This document shows positions 1 through 10,243 of a stretch of DNA of 64,000 nt, one piece after another (positions within the stretch are counted from its first letter, which is position 1; every line of letters begins with the position of its first letter). Origin of the DNA: an uncultured Candidatus Bathyarchaeia archaeon (GTDB lineage: Archaea; Thermoproteota; Bathyarchaeia; Bathyarchaeales; Bathycorpusculaceae); assembly GCA_964427115.1 (NCBI GenBank), contig CAYRSV010000002.1:60772-124771 (forward strand), in the 5' to 3' direction. The translations under genes were made by a program, and so were the position numbers. The notes below the pieces were generated by a model, which made no database searches, had not been told where the DNA came from, and worked only from the letters and a program-made list of their open reading frames with translations.

Positions 1-1
1 T

Positions 2-1828
2 CTTCTAAGTAGCGCTGATCTCGTCGATCAGTACCTTGAGATTGAGGACTGGCGCGTTAAAGAAAACAGCAACATGAGCTACTCACTGCAGGGATTAAAT
101 AATTACCTATCTTCTACGGTTATTGCCAAGTACTGGATAAGTCGCATTTATCCTGAAAACATAGCCGAAGCGCACTTCACAGGCGATATTCATATTCATG
201 ACCTAGGTGTGCTTGGACCTTACTGTGTCGGCTGGGATATAAGCGATCTTATCATGTCTGGCTTCGGAGGAGTCAATGGTAAAATCGAAAGTAAACCCGC
301 AAAACATTTCCGCACTGCGCTTGGTCAAGTTGTCAACTTCTTCTATACGCTTCAAGGCGAAGCAGCAGGTGCGCAGGCCTTTAGCAATTTTGATACCTAT
401 CTAGCACCATTCATACGTTATGATAAATTAGCGCCTAAGGATGTCGAGCAGGCACTACAAGAATTCTTCTTTAACATGAACGTGCCCACGCGTGTAGGCT
501 TCCAGACTCCCTTTACTAACCTAACACTGGATCTGACAGTTCCAGATTTTATGAAAAACGAAGGTGTCTTATATAATGGCAAAGTTACTGAAGACACCTA
601 CGGTGACTTCACAAAAGAAATGGAAATGTTCAATAGTGCATACGCTACCGTAATGGCTCAGGGCGATTCTAAAGGCAGAGTCTTCACTTTCCCTATACCA
701 ACTTATAATATAACCAAGGACTTTGACTGGGACTCAACCGTTTCACAGAAAGTCTTCGAAGTGACCGCCAAGTACGGTGTGCCTTACTTCTCAAACTTTG
801 TCAACAGTGATATGAAACCTGAAGATGTACGCAGTATGTGTTGCAGATTACGTATTGATAATCGTGAACTGCGCAAACGCGGAGGCGGATTCTTTGGTGC
901 CAACCCATTAACGGGCAGCATTGGTGTAGTTACCATTAACATGCCCCGCGTTGGTTATCTATCCAAAGATGAAGACGAATACTTCCATCGCATCGAAAAA
1001 GTTATGGATATTGCCAAATCAAGCTTAGAAATTAAACGTAAGGCCCTTGAAGCATTCACTGACAACGGTTTATATCCCTATAGCCGCCGATACTTGCGTA
1101 ACATCAAACAGGCACACGGCAAATACTGGAAGAACCACTTTTCCACTATCGGCATTGTGGGTATCAACGAATCAATAATAAACCTGCTAGGCCAAAATAT
1201 ATCCACCAAAGAAGGTCTAGAATTCGCCATTAAGACACTTACCTTTATGCGCAAAAAGCTTGTAAAATATCAAGAAGAAACAGGCGATATCTATAACCTC
1301 GAAGCTACCCCTGCTGAAGGTACCTCCTACCGACTGGCACGCATTGACAAACGCAAATATCCTAACATTATCGTCGCTAACGAACGATTAGTTCAAACCA
1401 AGCATGCTGAACCCTTCTATACTAACAGCTCACAACTGCCAGTGGATTTTGATGGTGACCTCTTTGATGCTTTAGAGAACCAAGAGCACCTTCAAACGCT
1501 CTACACAGGTGGCACAGTTTTCCATATGTTTATAGGTGAACGTCTGCATTCATGGAAGTCAGCAGCCGAACTTATTAAGAAAGTTTCCAACAGTAGTCGC
1601 ATACCCTACTTTACTCTAACGCCAACATTCAGTATCTGTCCTAACCACGGCTACACTAGCGGTGAACATCACCAGTGTCCAACCTGTGGCGCTACTAGCG
1701 AAGTTTATTCTCGTGTAGTTGGTTATCTGCGACCTGTAGATCAATGGAACGTTGGCAAGCAAGCTGAATTCGCTATGCGAAAAACCTTCGATAAATCCTT
1801 GGTATTAGCAACAGCTCCGATGGTATAA
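2..1828 (+). CDS. nrdD: anaerobic ribonucleoside-triphosphate reductase (class III RNR), 5' end cut by window edge
   Basis: The frame is open from nt 2 (..DWRVKENSNMSYSLQGL). C-terminal Zn-ribbon CPNHG..CPTCG and glycyl-radical-type motif SRVVGYLRP. The activase gene follows directly. Confidence 0.93.
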   Translation, partial: LLSSADLVDQYLEIEDWRVKENSNMSYSLQGLNNYLSSTVIAKYWISRIYPENIAEAHFTGDIHIHDLGVLGPYCVGWDISDLIMSGFGGVNGKIESKPAKHFRTALGQVVNFFYTLQGEAAGAQAFSNFDTYLAPFIRYDKLAPKDVEQALQEFFFNMNVPTRVGFQTPFTNLTLDLTVPDFMKNEGVLYNGKVTEDTYGDFTKEMEMFNSAYATVMAQGDSKGRVFTFPIPTYNITKDFDWDSTVSQKVFEVTAKYGVPYFSNFVNSDMKPEDVRSMCCRLRIDNRELRKRGGGFFGANPLTGSIGVVTINMPRVGYLSKDEDEYFHRIEKVMDIAKSSLEIKRKALEAFTDNGLYPYSRRYLRNIKQAHGKYWKNHFSTIGIVGINESIINLLGQNISTKEGLEFAIKTLTFMRKKLVKYQEETGDIYNLEATPAEGTSYRLARIDKRKYPNIIVANERLVQTKHAEPFYTNSSQLPVDFDGDLFDALENQEHLQTLYTGGTVFHMFIGERLHSWKSAAELIKKVSNSSRIPYFTLTPTFSICPNHGYTSGEHHQCPTCGATSEVYSRVVGYLRPVDQWNVGKQAEFAMRKTFDKSLVLATAPMV

Positions 1829-1845
1829 TGAGTGAGTGACCTGTC

Positions 1846-2523
1846 ATGAAATTTAGCGGATTACAAAGAATCAGCCTCATAGACTATCCCAACAAAATTG
1901 CGTCGGTGCTTTATACGCCTGGGTGCAATTTGCGTTGCGGCTTTTGTCACAATTGGCGTATAGCCACCGATCCCCAACCCCCATTTCTTCAGGAAGCCAC
2001 AGCAATAGAAATGCTTGAAAACCGTAGAAAATACGTAGACTCAGTCGTAATAACAGGTGGTGAGCCCTGCATGCATAAGGAGCTCCCCAAATTCCTAGCC
2101 AAGCTCAAGGAACGTGGCTTTAGTGTAAAGTTAGATACAAATGGTTTCTATCCTGATGTGCTCGAGGAATGTCTGGGTTATGTAGATTACGTAGCATTGG
2201 ATATTAAAGCTGCTCCAGAACGGTACAGCCTGTTTGGCGCAGATACCACCTCTGGACTTATGCATACTGTAGAAATCCTCAAAACTGGCAAGGTACCTTA
2301 CGAGTTCCGAACCACCGTAGTTCCTGAGATAGTCACCGCCGAGGAACTCGATAACATAGGTAAAGTAGTTGAGGGCGCCTCTACGTTTGTACTGCAACAG
2401 TTCGTATCTAACGATACTCTTGATAAAAAATACGAAACCATAAGACCCTATGCGCCTGAAGTCATTGAAAGCTATGCTCAAACTATGAAAAAGTATGCAC
2501 AAAATGTACTACTTAGAGTTTAG
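1846..2523 (+). CDS. nrdG: anaerobic RNR activating protein (radical SAM)
   Basis: CNLRCGFCHN radical-SAM cluster motif; 225 aa; starts 18 nt after the nrdD stop. Confidence 0.9.
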   Translation: MKFSGLQRISLIDYPNKIASVLYTPGCNLRCGFCHNWRIATDPQPPFLQEATAIEMLENRRKYVDSVVITGGEPCMHKELPKFLAKLKERGFSVKLDTNGFYPDVLEECLGYVDYVALDIKAAPERYSLFGADTTSGLMHTVEILKTGKVPYEFRTTVVPEIVTAEELDNIGKVVEGASTFVLQQFVSNDTLDKKYETIRPYAPEVIESYAQTMKKYAQNVLLRV

Positions 2524-2630
2524 CTTTCCCATTTTTCTTTTTTAGAGCGATTTGTTGTGCCATTTGTGAGTCACTAGTCCTTAAAAGTGCCTTATACAGA
2601 CTTTTTCTGTTGGTTTTAGAGGCATAGTGT

Positions 2631-3212
2631 ATGAAGATTGGGATCATTGGTAAGGGTAATGTTGGTTCAGCTATAGGTAAAGGTTTGAGCAGTAAGGGGC
2701 ATGAGATTAAATTCGGGCATCGTGATCCTAAGGAGTCTGTGTCGGAGGCGGCGAAGTGGGGTGAAGTTATCGTGCTTGCTGTTCCCTTTAGTGCAGTGGA
2801 AGATGCAGCAAAAGCGATTGGTTCTGCAGCTGATGGTAAGGTATTGCTTGATGTAACAAATGCGTTAGACGAAAAAGGGGAACTTGCAATCGGATTTACT
2901 ACGTCAGGTGCAGAGGAACTGCAGAAAAAACTGCCAAAAGCGCGTGTTGTGAAAGCTTTCAATACTGTATTTGCTAAGAATCAAAGCACTGGTAGAGTTG
3001 GCAGCGAACAGCTTACCCTTTTTGTAGCTAGCGATGACCAAGAAGCAAAGCAAACTATAATGCAGCTTGGTAGAGGCATTGGCTTTGATGTTGTTGATGC
3101 GGGGCAATTAAAAGCTGCGCGGTACCTTGAACCTATGGCAATGCTTCTTATGGGTCTCGCCTTCGGTTTAGGTATGGGCACCGACATAGGCTACAAGCTG
3201 GTAAAAGCATAA
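2631..3212 (+). CDS. npdG: NADPH-dependent F420 reductase family oxidoreductase
   Basis: N-terminal Rossmann motif MKIGIIGKGNVGSAIG. The ~190 aa size and overall sequence resemble the F420-dependent NADP oxidoreductase family. Confidence 0.7.
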   Translation: MKIGIIGKGNVGSAIGKGLSSKGHEIKFGHRDPKESVSEAAKWGEVIVLAVPFSAVEDAAKAIGSAADGKVLLDVTNALDEKGELAIGFTTSGAEELQKKLPKARVVKAFNTVFAKNQSTGRVGSEQLTLFVASDDQEAKQTIMQLGRGIGFDVVDAGQLKAARYLEPMAMLLMGLAFGLGMGTDIGYKLVKA

Positions 3213-3577
3213 CCTTATAATTATAACATGGTACTATCTGACCTTAAGATATGGAAATATTGGTAATTGCTATTTTATTTTAGCTTCTTCTTTGGCTTTT
3301 TAGCATTGATTTTCGTTATATGGTCAATTAACAATTTTTCTAAAGTCTGTGTAACGTGAGCCGTGACATAGATAATCAAGATTTTTCAGTAGAATCTCAA
3401 GCTATGGCGCATCTTATATGGTGGTATATAGCTGGAAAGCTATGTGATTTGTTTCGTTATCAATACATAGCTATGTCGGTTTTAAGAACTTTTTAACTTA
3501 TGGCTTAATTGAGCCTTTTGGTAGCTCAAGTGGTGCCTATTATCAGAGGTATGTTTGTCAGCTTTCTAGCTGGATTG

Positions 3578-5626
3578 CTAAGGTATTACTGTAACTCTAC
3601 CAGAAAGTTCGCTGCATATGCTGTCTGGGGTTGGGCAGATATAATAGAAGTCGCCTGATTGGGTTACAGTGAATGTGTCTGAACTTGTTTCACCTGGGTT
3701 TAGAGGGCGAGCTGCTCCAATTTCAGCGTCGAACATGATTTTACCGTTACCATCTGGTTGTGTGGCGATTGCCCAGCAGTGCGGTTTATTGTCCATGTTA
3801 GTCATGATTGCGTTTACAATGTCGCCTTCTTTCAGGATCAAAGTTGATCCTTGAATGGGCGTTCCAGTTGTAGTAATTACCACAGAAATTTGAGTTATAA
3901 TTATTTTAACAATGATAATGTTTGGCAGTGGCGTAGTCGCTGTTGGACTAGGTGACATAGTTGGTGTTACGGTTGGTGTAGGAGTAAGCGTTGGTGTAGG
4001 TGTCGGAGTTGGAGTCATAGTAGGCATTACCGTAGGACTAACAGTCGGAGTTGCCGTTGGTGTTGTGGTGGGGGTAGGTGTAACGGTTGGTGTTATCGTT
4101 GGTGTTGGCGTAATTGTTGGGGTTGGTGTGGTTGTCGGTGAAGGGGTAGGTACCGGCGTTGGCATCATAGTTTGAGTTATGTAGCCACGTATTTCGCCAG
4201 CTGGGTTTTGTGTTGTGTGAACTACAACATATGTTCTTCCAGACGCCATCATATCTGCTAATTCATACACTGAATGTCCGGCTAGTGGTCCTATAAGGTC
4301 ATCTGCTGTAATTATCCCAAGGGCTAATACTCCACTAAAGTTGCCTGGGATAATTGTTGGCGATTGGTTTCTTGGATACAGCCAAACAACTATGGGCCCG
4401 ACGACAATACCTGTGTCAATATGTATGTGTGCCATTGTCACGTTCTGAATGCCGGTCACATTTAAGTAAAATAGCATGACTGTGTTGTCCTTATTGACTT
4501 GGAAGTTTGCTATTCCTGTAGCGGTTGTATTCACTGTGTAGCTGATGGAGGAGTTCACTCTTGAGGTCCAAGTTTGACCTGAAAGGGTGGCTGTAAAGTT
4601 ACGTGCGACTTTCATTGACGTTTGATCTATTGCTAAGTTGAGCGTTGCAATAATTTGGTCCAAGTCACCCATGGCTGCAAAGTGCAGGAATGTGATTTTC
4701 GGTGTTTCACCAAGCATGTGGTTATGAACCGCGGATATAGTAAAGTTAACAGTTGACCAGAAGTAAACGTCTGATGTGCTTACTAGGGCTTTTTCTACAG
4801 TTTCAACTTCGGAGTCTAATAGTGCAAAATCGCCCATAACGAATACATTTCTGCCGCCTGGAACTGTTGACATATTAACTGTAGATGGAAGAGGCACAAA
4901 TTCAAAAGCTGTGCTCATCGATGCAAAACTGTTCAATATTATTGTTGGGTTGTTTGCTGATGTTATGTTTATGTCTTGGCGTGATATCATTACTCCAGCT
5001 GTTGATCCGTTAATCGGTGTTCCACCTAGCTTTATGGCTATGTCTGTATTGTTAAGTGTTGTTTGGATTGGAGCGGGCGGAGACATTCTTGTTGTGGTTA
5101 ATTCGAATATCGTAGTCAAGTTGGCCATTATGGTGCTTGTGTTACCTCTTGTTTCCCAATGTAGGAACTGCAGTTTTGGCACTTCTCCCACCATAAACGG
5201 ATGTAAATTAAGTACAGTCCAATTTGCTGCAATTATCTGCCTTAGTACCGGATTCACCTCCGGCTCAATCAGGCTAAAGATGCCTTTAGCGTAGACAGTT
5301 TCGTTGTTTGTAGCTCCAGGAGGTAGTATAAATTCGACAATAGTGCTCATCAAAGTAAAGTTGTTAAGGGCCATGTCAGTTGCATTCATCCGTACAAGGG
5401 GCGCTTGCCTAGCAAAAACCAGTGTTAAAACCCCTGTTTGATTATTGACCATATATGTTGTAGCATTTAAGTTACGTGCGATATAGGCGCCGTCCAACCG
5501 GGCAGACGCTGTTGTTGACGGCTGAGTTATTTGAGCTGCTGAATAATAGAATATGGCGCTGGAGGCAAGAAGTACGATAATTACTGCAGCAGCAATAGAA
5601 CTAAAAACGCGTCTTTTCCTAAACAA
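3578..5626 (-). CDS. secreted or surface mosaic protein: signal anchor, two duplicated modules, CHRD domain, Pro/Thr linker, cupredoxin-like C-terminal domain
   Basis: N-terminal TM ([22 protein letters not shown]). Internal duplication ([13 protein letters not shown] / [13 protein letters not shown]). CHRD-like [20 protein letters not shown] and [18 protein letters not shown]. Long PT linker. C-terminal [20 protein letters not shown]. Many N-x-S/T sequons. Confidence 0.8.
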   Translation of the reverse strand: MFRKRRVFSSIAAAVIIVLLASSAIFYYSAAQITQPSTTASARLDGAYIARNLNATTYMVNNQTGVLTLVFARQAPLVRMNATDMALNNFTLMSTIVEFILPPGATNNETVYAKGIFSLIEPEVNPVLRQIIAANWTVLNLHPFMVGEVPKLQFLHWETRGNTSTIMANLTTIFELTTTRMSPPAPIQTTLNNTDIAIKLGGTPINGSTAGVMISRQDINITSANNPTIILNSFASMSTAFEFVPLPSTVNMSTVPGGRNVFVMGDFALLDSEVETVEKALVSTSDVYFWSTVNFTISAVHNHMLGETPKITFLHFAAMGDLDQIIATLNLAIDQTSMKVARNFTATLSGQTWTSRVNSSISYTVNTTATGIANFQVNKDNTVMLFYLNVTGIQNVTMAHIHIDTGIVVGPIVVWLYPRNQSPTIIPGNFSGVLALGIITADDLIGPLAGHSVYELADMMASGRTYVVVHTTQNPAGEIRGYITQTMMPTPVPTPSPTTTPTPTITPTPTITPTVTPTPTTTPTATPTVSPTVMPTMTPTPTPTPTLTPTPTVTPTMSPSPTATTPLPNIIIVKIIITQISVVITTTGTPIQGSTLILKEGDIVNAIMTNMDNKPHCWAIATQPDGNGKIMFDAEIGAARPLNPGETSSDTFTVTQSGDFYYICPTPDSICSELSGRVTVIP
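3925..4170 (-). repeat. low-complexity Pro/Thr linker-coding repeat
   Basis: Encodes [40 protein letters not shown]... The antisense frame gives the GV-rich shadow ORF 3912..4175. Confidence 0.85.
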
Positions 5627-5818
5627 TTTAATTCACCTTTTAACGAACTTATCTAGAACAGTTTGTATAAAGTTTTGTTGGCGTAATGATTCACTCACAA
5701 TATCTGCACAATACTATGATGCTTATTAAGCGATCATCCGGGTATTTTTATTTATTATGATGCGTGTAGACTAGCATTAACTGTCTTGATGATGTGTTAT
5801 TCTTTATTCTGTACAGAG

Positions 5819-5847
5819 CAACCCTGCATTACGGGTTGGGGTTTTTT
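5819..5847 (+). terminator. orphan hairpin plus T6 (terminator-like)
   Basis: caaccc-tgcattac-gggttg followed by gggtttttt. No plus-strand gene lies immediately upstream. Confidence 0.25.
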
Positions 5848-5915
5848 GAAGCGCAAAGTTTAAGGGTAAAAGCTTAGTTTAGGTTTCGCGTACTTTAACT
5901 GTTGAGGTTTGTAGT

Positions 5916-6467
5916 GTGACCATTAACGGGCAAACTGTAGAAGAACGTAAAGCTGAGGTACTTATCAAACTCAGAAAATACAAACTAATTGAGAAAGAAA
6001 AGTTTGAAGGCGCTTTCGGCTACGTTGTTGAGATTCCAGAAGACAAAGAGAAAGCCCTAATCTGGTGTATTTTAGATCAAGCAACCGTGGGTATAGTCTC
6101 CATGAACCAGCTCTATAAGGTTATGAAAGAAAAAGAGCTCGAACGCGCCATTGTAGTCACTGAAGGTCGTTATACTCACGCTGTAAAACAAGGCGCTAAG
6201 AAAAAGAACGTCGAGCTACTGCCAAAATCTTTCCCAGTCTTCGACATATTTGAGCATGCGCTGGTTCCATTGCACGAAATACTTTCAGCAAAAGAAAAGC
6301 AGCAACTTCTTAATCACTACAAGGTCCAGCCCTATCAGATGCCTCAGATAACATCAACTGATCCTGCAGTCAAAGCCATAGGTGCTAAGCCAGGAGATGT
6401 ATTGCGCATAACTAGGAAAAGCGCCACCGCTGGTGAACACGTAACATACCGATACGTTGTTGAATAA
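5916..6467 (+). CDS. rpoH: DNA-directed RNA polymerase subunit H (Rpb5 homolog), unusually long form
   Basis: The C-terminal part [59 protein letters not shown] is classic RpoH/Rpb5-C. About 110 extra N-terminal residues. GTG start. Confidence 0.85.
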   Translation: MTINGQTVEERKAEVLIKLRKYKLIEKEKFEGAFGYVVEIPEDKEKALIWCILDQATVGIVSMNQLYKVMKEKELERAIVVTEGRYTHAVKQGAKKKNVELLPKSFPVFDIFEHALVPLHEILSAKEKQQLLNHYKVQPYQMPQITSTDPAVKAIGAKPGDVLRITRKSATAGEHVTYRYVVE

Positions 6468-6487
6468 GCTAATAACTAACTCATTCT

Positions 6488-7042
6488 TTATTTTCCTATC
6501 ATTACTTCTGTGGCCTTTACGAAGGCTTGTACTTGGTCGCCTACTTTTAGGTTTAAGTCTTCGGCGGCTTCTTTGGTAATAACTGCAGTAATCATAGTGG
6601 GTATCTGTATTTCGATTTTGATTTTTGCTGTCATGTCTCCTTTTTCAAGGGCAACGACTTTGCCTTTGAGACTATTTCTTGCGCTTAACTTCATGTTTTT
6701 CACCTGACCCATACTTTCTGCTGATAAGACATCGCTTAGGTAGCCTTCAAGCTGTTTGTACTCTGCTAGTAGACTTTGGCCACGTTGAGTAAGTTTGGCT
6801 CCGCCGCCGGTTTTTCCGCCTTTGTATGTTTCAACTATAGGTTCGCCTAGAGCTTTTTCTGTTTTCTGTATGTAGTTCCAGACGTAACGATATGACATGC
6901 CTAGTTTTTGTGCAGCTTTGTTTAGCGACTTTTCAGAAGAAATGCCTTCTAGAATATCTGCCCCGCCCTTGCCTAAGACGGGTTTTCCGTTGCATTCAAT
7001 CCAGACTTTGCAAGAAGGCTTATGCTTTTTTTGAACTACCAT
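6488..7042 (-). CDS. modE: ModE-like molybdate/tungstate-responsive regulator (HTH plus single TOBE/Mop domain)
   Basis: N-terminal LNKAAQKLGMSYRYVWNYIQKTEKALGEPIV..GGKTGGGAKLT. C-terminal Mop-type SARNSLKGKVVALEKGDMTAKIKIEI..VGDQVQAFVKATEVMI. Confidence 0.7.
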   Translation of the reverse strand: MVVQKKHKPSCKVWIECNGKPVLGKGGADILEGISSEKSLNKAAQKLGMSYRYVWNYIQKTEKALGEPIVETYKGGKTGGGAKLTQRGQSLLAEYKQLEGYLSDVLSAESMGQVKNMKLSARNSLKGKVVALEKGDMTAKIKIEIQIPTMITAVITKEAAEDLNLKVGDQVQAFVKATEVMIGK

Positions 7043-7242
7043 TACAGTATGTTATGCACCTAAATTATTAATAAATATGATCAACTGATCACCTGTTTTC
7101 TCTTTGTAGTCTTAGACTCTCCTTTAGCATGACTGCAACCAAATTCGTATGCTACAGTTTGCTTTTTATCATAGAAGGAGTTGCTTGCTGGTTGTACAGA
7201 TTGTCATATGCTACTGGCGTTTTAGAAAGTACAGTGCCTACG

Positions 7243-7467
7243 TTAGGCTAGTTTTTTTTCTTCAGAGCGCAACTCATCTAGAATTACTAAGGCTTCACCT
7301 ATTGGCATGTTAAGTCTCATAGCCAATTCGTCGGCGGTTAACTCGGGGTTCTCGCGCAGCAGCGTATCGCGTGTATACGCCTTATGTGTTGGGTACATTA
7401 CATTAGCTTTTGCTGTTTCAACAATCATAAGCCAAAGTTTCTCTTTAGTATACGCATCCAAATTCAT
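7243..7467 (-). CDS. hypothetical small protein
   Basis: 74-aa ORF in an otherwise empty gap. No recognisable motif. Its overlapping plus-strand partner looks less protein-like. Confidence 0.4.
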   Translation of the reverse strand: MNLDAYTKEKLWLMIVETAKANVMYPTHKAYTRDTLLRENPELTADELAMRLNMPIGEALVILDELRSEEKKLA

Positions 7468-7799
7468 GTATCATCAACGTCAACTAATATGCAAAGCCAA
7501 TTATTTGCTTAACTCAATTTGTAGCTTACAAGATTGAAAATTTTCAATACCCTAATGGGGTCTATTTTTGGGAGCAGCCGCTTATCATAACCAATGCAAC
7601 AATAAGGTTGAAGAGATTGCTGTACAAATTAAACGCTGAAAAATTTTTGGCACAGTTCAAAGCTGATAGCACATATGGGGTTAGGCTTAATTATTCAGGG
7701 TAGACAAAAACGTTAATTTAAACTTGTAAGTCTTAGAATCGTTTGTAAGACTAAAATGCTTAAATAATTTCTGCAATGTTTGTTCAATGGAGACTATAG

Positions 7800-9218
7800 A
7801 TGAGCGCTAAAGCAAATTTTCGTATTTTCAATACGCTAACTCGTCAAAAGGAAATCTTTACGCCAATTCACCCTGGAAAGGTCTATATGTACACCTGTGG
7901 ACCCACAGTATATGATTATGCGCATATAGGTAACTTCCGCGCTTTCATCTTCGAAGATCTCCTTAAACGATGGCTAAAGTACCTAGGTTATCAAGTAGTT
8001 CACATTATGAACCTCACTGATGTCGACGATAAAACCATAAAGGGGAGTCAAAAACAAAACAAATCTCTGCATGAGTACACCAATTTTTATACTAAAGCTT
8101 TCTTTGAGGATATACAAATTCTCAACATAGAGCCCGCAACGGCTTACCCGCGGGCAACTGACCATATACCTGAAATGATAACCCTAATCAAAACACTCAT
8201 GGAAAAAGGCTATGCCTATAGAGGAGAAGACGGCAGCATCTATTTTGCCATCAACAAGTTTCCCGGCTATGGCAAACTTAGTCACATTAAAAAGGACGAA
8301 CTCAAAGCAGGCGCACGCGTTAGGCAAGACGAATACGCCAAAGAGGAAGCTCGAGACTTCGCACTTTGGAAAGCTTGGGTGCCTGAAGATGGTGATGTTT
8401 TCTGGGAAACTGAACTAGGCAAGGGTAGGCCAGGCTGGCATATTGAATGCAGTGCTATGAGCATGAAGTACTTAGGCGAAACTTTTGATATCCATTGTGG
8501 CGGTATAGATAACATGTTCCCGCACCACGAGAACGAAATTGCCCAAAGCGAAGCAGCCACAGGTAAGACTTTTGTTCACTATTGGATGCATAACGAGCAC
8601 TTGCAAGTTGAAGGTAAAAAAATGGCCAAACGATTCGGCAATTTCTATACTTTGCGCGACTTGCTTGCAAAAGGTTACGATCCGTTAGCAATCCGCTACC
8701 TGCTATTGTCCACACATTATCGACAGCAGTTCAATTTCACTTTTGAAGGGTTAGATGCTGCAAAAGGCGCCATCGAACGGTTAGCTAATGTGCTACGCAG
8801 GTTACAAGACGCAAACGGTAAAGGCAGCCCACGTGACGTCGAAGATTTGATCTGCACGGTGCAGAAATGTTTTTGCGAAGCTATGAATGATGACTTAAAT
8901 ATCAGTGTAGCTTTGGCATCATTATTTGACTTCGTTAGGGGCATAAATAACCTGCTGGATTCCAATGTTATTAGCAAGGCTGAAGCCCAACAGCTAAGTG
9001 CAGTAATTGAAGGTTTCGACAAGGTTCTTGCCATCATTCCGAAATCTAAAGAGGAAGCTCTGCCCAAAGAGGTAGAAGAGCTCATCAAAAAACGTGAAGA
9101 TGCACGTAAAGCAAAAGACTGGAAGACAGCCGACCAAATTCGACAGCAGCTTAAGGACATGGGTATAACAATTGAGGATACTGCGCAGGGTGTACGATGG
9201 AAACGTGAAAAAACTTGA
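7800..9218 (+). CDS. cysS: cysteine--tRNA ligase
   Basis: Class I signatures HIGN and KMAKRFGN; Zn ligand context WHIECS; 472 aa. Confidence 0.95.
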   Translation: MSAKANFRIFNTLTRQKEIFTPIHPGKVYMYTCGPTVYDYAHIGNFRAFIFEDLLKRWLKYLGYQVVHIMNLTDVDDKTIKGSQKQNKSLHEYTNFYTKAFFEDIQILNIEPATAYPRATDHIPEMITLIKTLMEKGYAYRGEDGSIYFAINKFPGYGKLSHIKKDELKAGARVRQDEYAKEEARDFALWKAWVPEDGDVFWETELGKGRPGWHIECSAMSMKYLGETFDIHCGGIDNMFPHHENEIAQSEAATGKTFVHYWMHNEHLQVEGKKMAKRFGNFYTLRDLLAKGYDPLAIRYLLLSTHYRQQFNFTFEGLDAAKGAIERLANVLRRLQDANGKGSPRDVEDLICTVQKCFCEAMNDDLNISVALASLFDFVRGINNLLDSNVISKAEAQQLSAVIEGFDKVLAIIPKSKEEALPKEVEELIKKREDARKAKDWKTADQIRQQLKDMGITIEDTAQGVRWKREKT

Positions 9219-9219
9219 T

Positions 9220-10077
9220 TTAATTCAATTGTTTATGCTGGCCTAGATTCCATTCTTTTGTTGAGTATTTTTCTTTGTAGAGTTTTTCTGCAAGATTCTG
9301 TTCTTTAGGTGTTAGCTCATTTTCCAAACTCTGTACGTTTTCGACAACTTGGATATTCAAGGCAACTTGAAAGCCATGCGCAATAGCATTAATCGCCGTC
9401 TCCGGACTTACAGCATGACCCAGTTCGTTGCGCACGCTAGTAATTCTGTCTTTTGCTACTTCAATAACCTTAGAATATGTGTTAGCCCAAGGGAGACGCA
9501 GATATGTAAACATCTTTTCTAAGTCAACATCTAAAAGTAAAGTACCATGCTGAAGGACTACACCACCTCTGTTAGCTTGGGCGCTACCAGAAATTTTTTT
9601 ACCTTTTACAGTCAAGTTTGGGCAGTTATTTATGTTCCCTGTGCAGTAGTCCGAACTTATGCCTATAATCCGCAAGGCTTCGCTTATAGCTGCATAAACT
9701 CGCAAGTACACCTCTGCTAGATCCTTGGCTCCTAAATTCTGTGGCTTGGCAACTACACTATAAGTCACTTCGCCTTCTGCATCGTGGTAGACTGCTCCGC
9801 CACCACTTATACGCCTAACGACATATATGCCTGCTTTACGGCAGTATTCTAAATTGACCTCATTCTCAGCCTTTTGAAAGCGCCCGATTGAAACCGCCGA
9901 AGGTTTCCAGCTGTAAAAACGCAGCGTATCAGGGACCTCATTTGCTATGCGTGCATGCATTATGGCTTCATCAATTGCCATATTCATGAACGCATCATTC
10001 ACCTCAAGCTTTAGCAAACGCCAAGTATTCACGCCTTTCAGCCTCATACATTGCTTCTTGACATTATCCGCAACCAA
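9220..10077 (-). CDS. lplA: lipoate-protein ligase family protein
   Basis: RRISGGGAVYHD and SGSAQ..GGVVLQHGTLLLD motifs of the LplA/LipB (BPL_LplA_LipB) fold. Confidence 0.85.
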   Translation of the reverse strand: MVADNVKKQCMRLKGVNTWRLLKLEVNDAFMNMAIDEAIMHARIANEVPDTLRFYSWKPSAVSIGRFQKAENEVNLEYCRKAGIYVVRRISGGGAVYHDAEGEVTYSVVAKPQNLGAKDLAEVYLRVYAAISEALRIIGISSDYCTGNINNCPNLTVKGKKISGSAQANRGGVVLQHGTLLLDVDLEKMFTYLRLPWANTYSKVIEVAKDRITSVRNELGHAVSPETAINAIAHGFQVALNIQVVENVQSLENELTPKEQNLAEKLYKEKYSTKEWNLGQHKQLN

Positions 10078-10243
10078 ATATATACATTAAACTAGATAGA
10101 ACAACGATGTTTCAATATGCAGACCTTTTAAAAAAGAAATCACCAAAACTTCCCTAGCAGGTCTATCAGCTATGCAATTCTTATATAATTGCTCGTGAAC
10201 TATTCCATGAGTAATTTCCGAATTTATTGGACTGTGTAGATAG

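Noticed and set aside
3912-4175. GV-rich 87-aa ORF.
   Set aside because: It is the mirror frame of the Pro/Thr linker (ACN/CCN codons read antisense as GTN/GGN). It is not an independent gene.
5787-5792. TGATGA C-box-like word upstream of the orphan hairpin (also at about 23619), considered as a C/D-box sRNA.
   Set aside because: No CTGA D box at the expected distance, and no internal D'/C' boxes.
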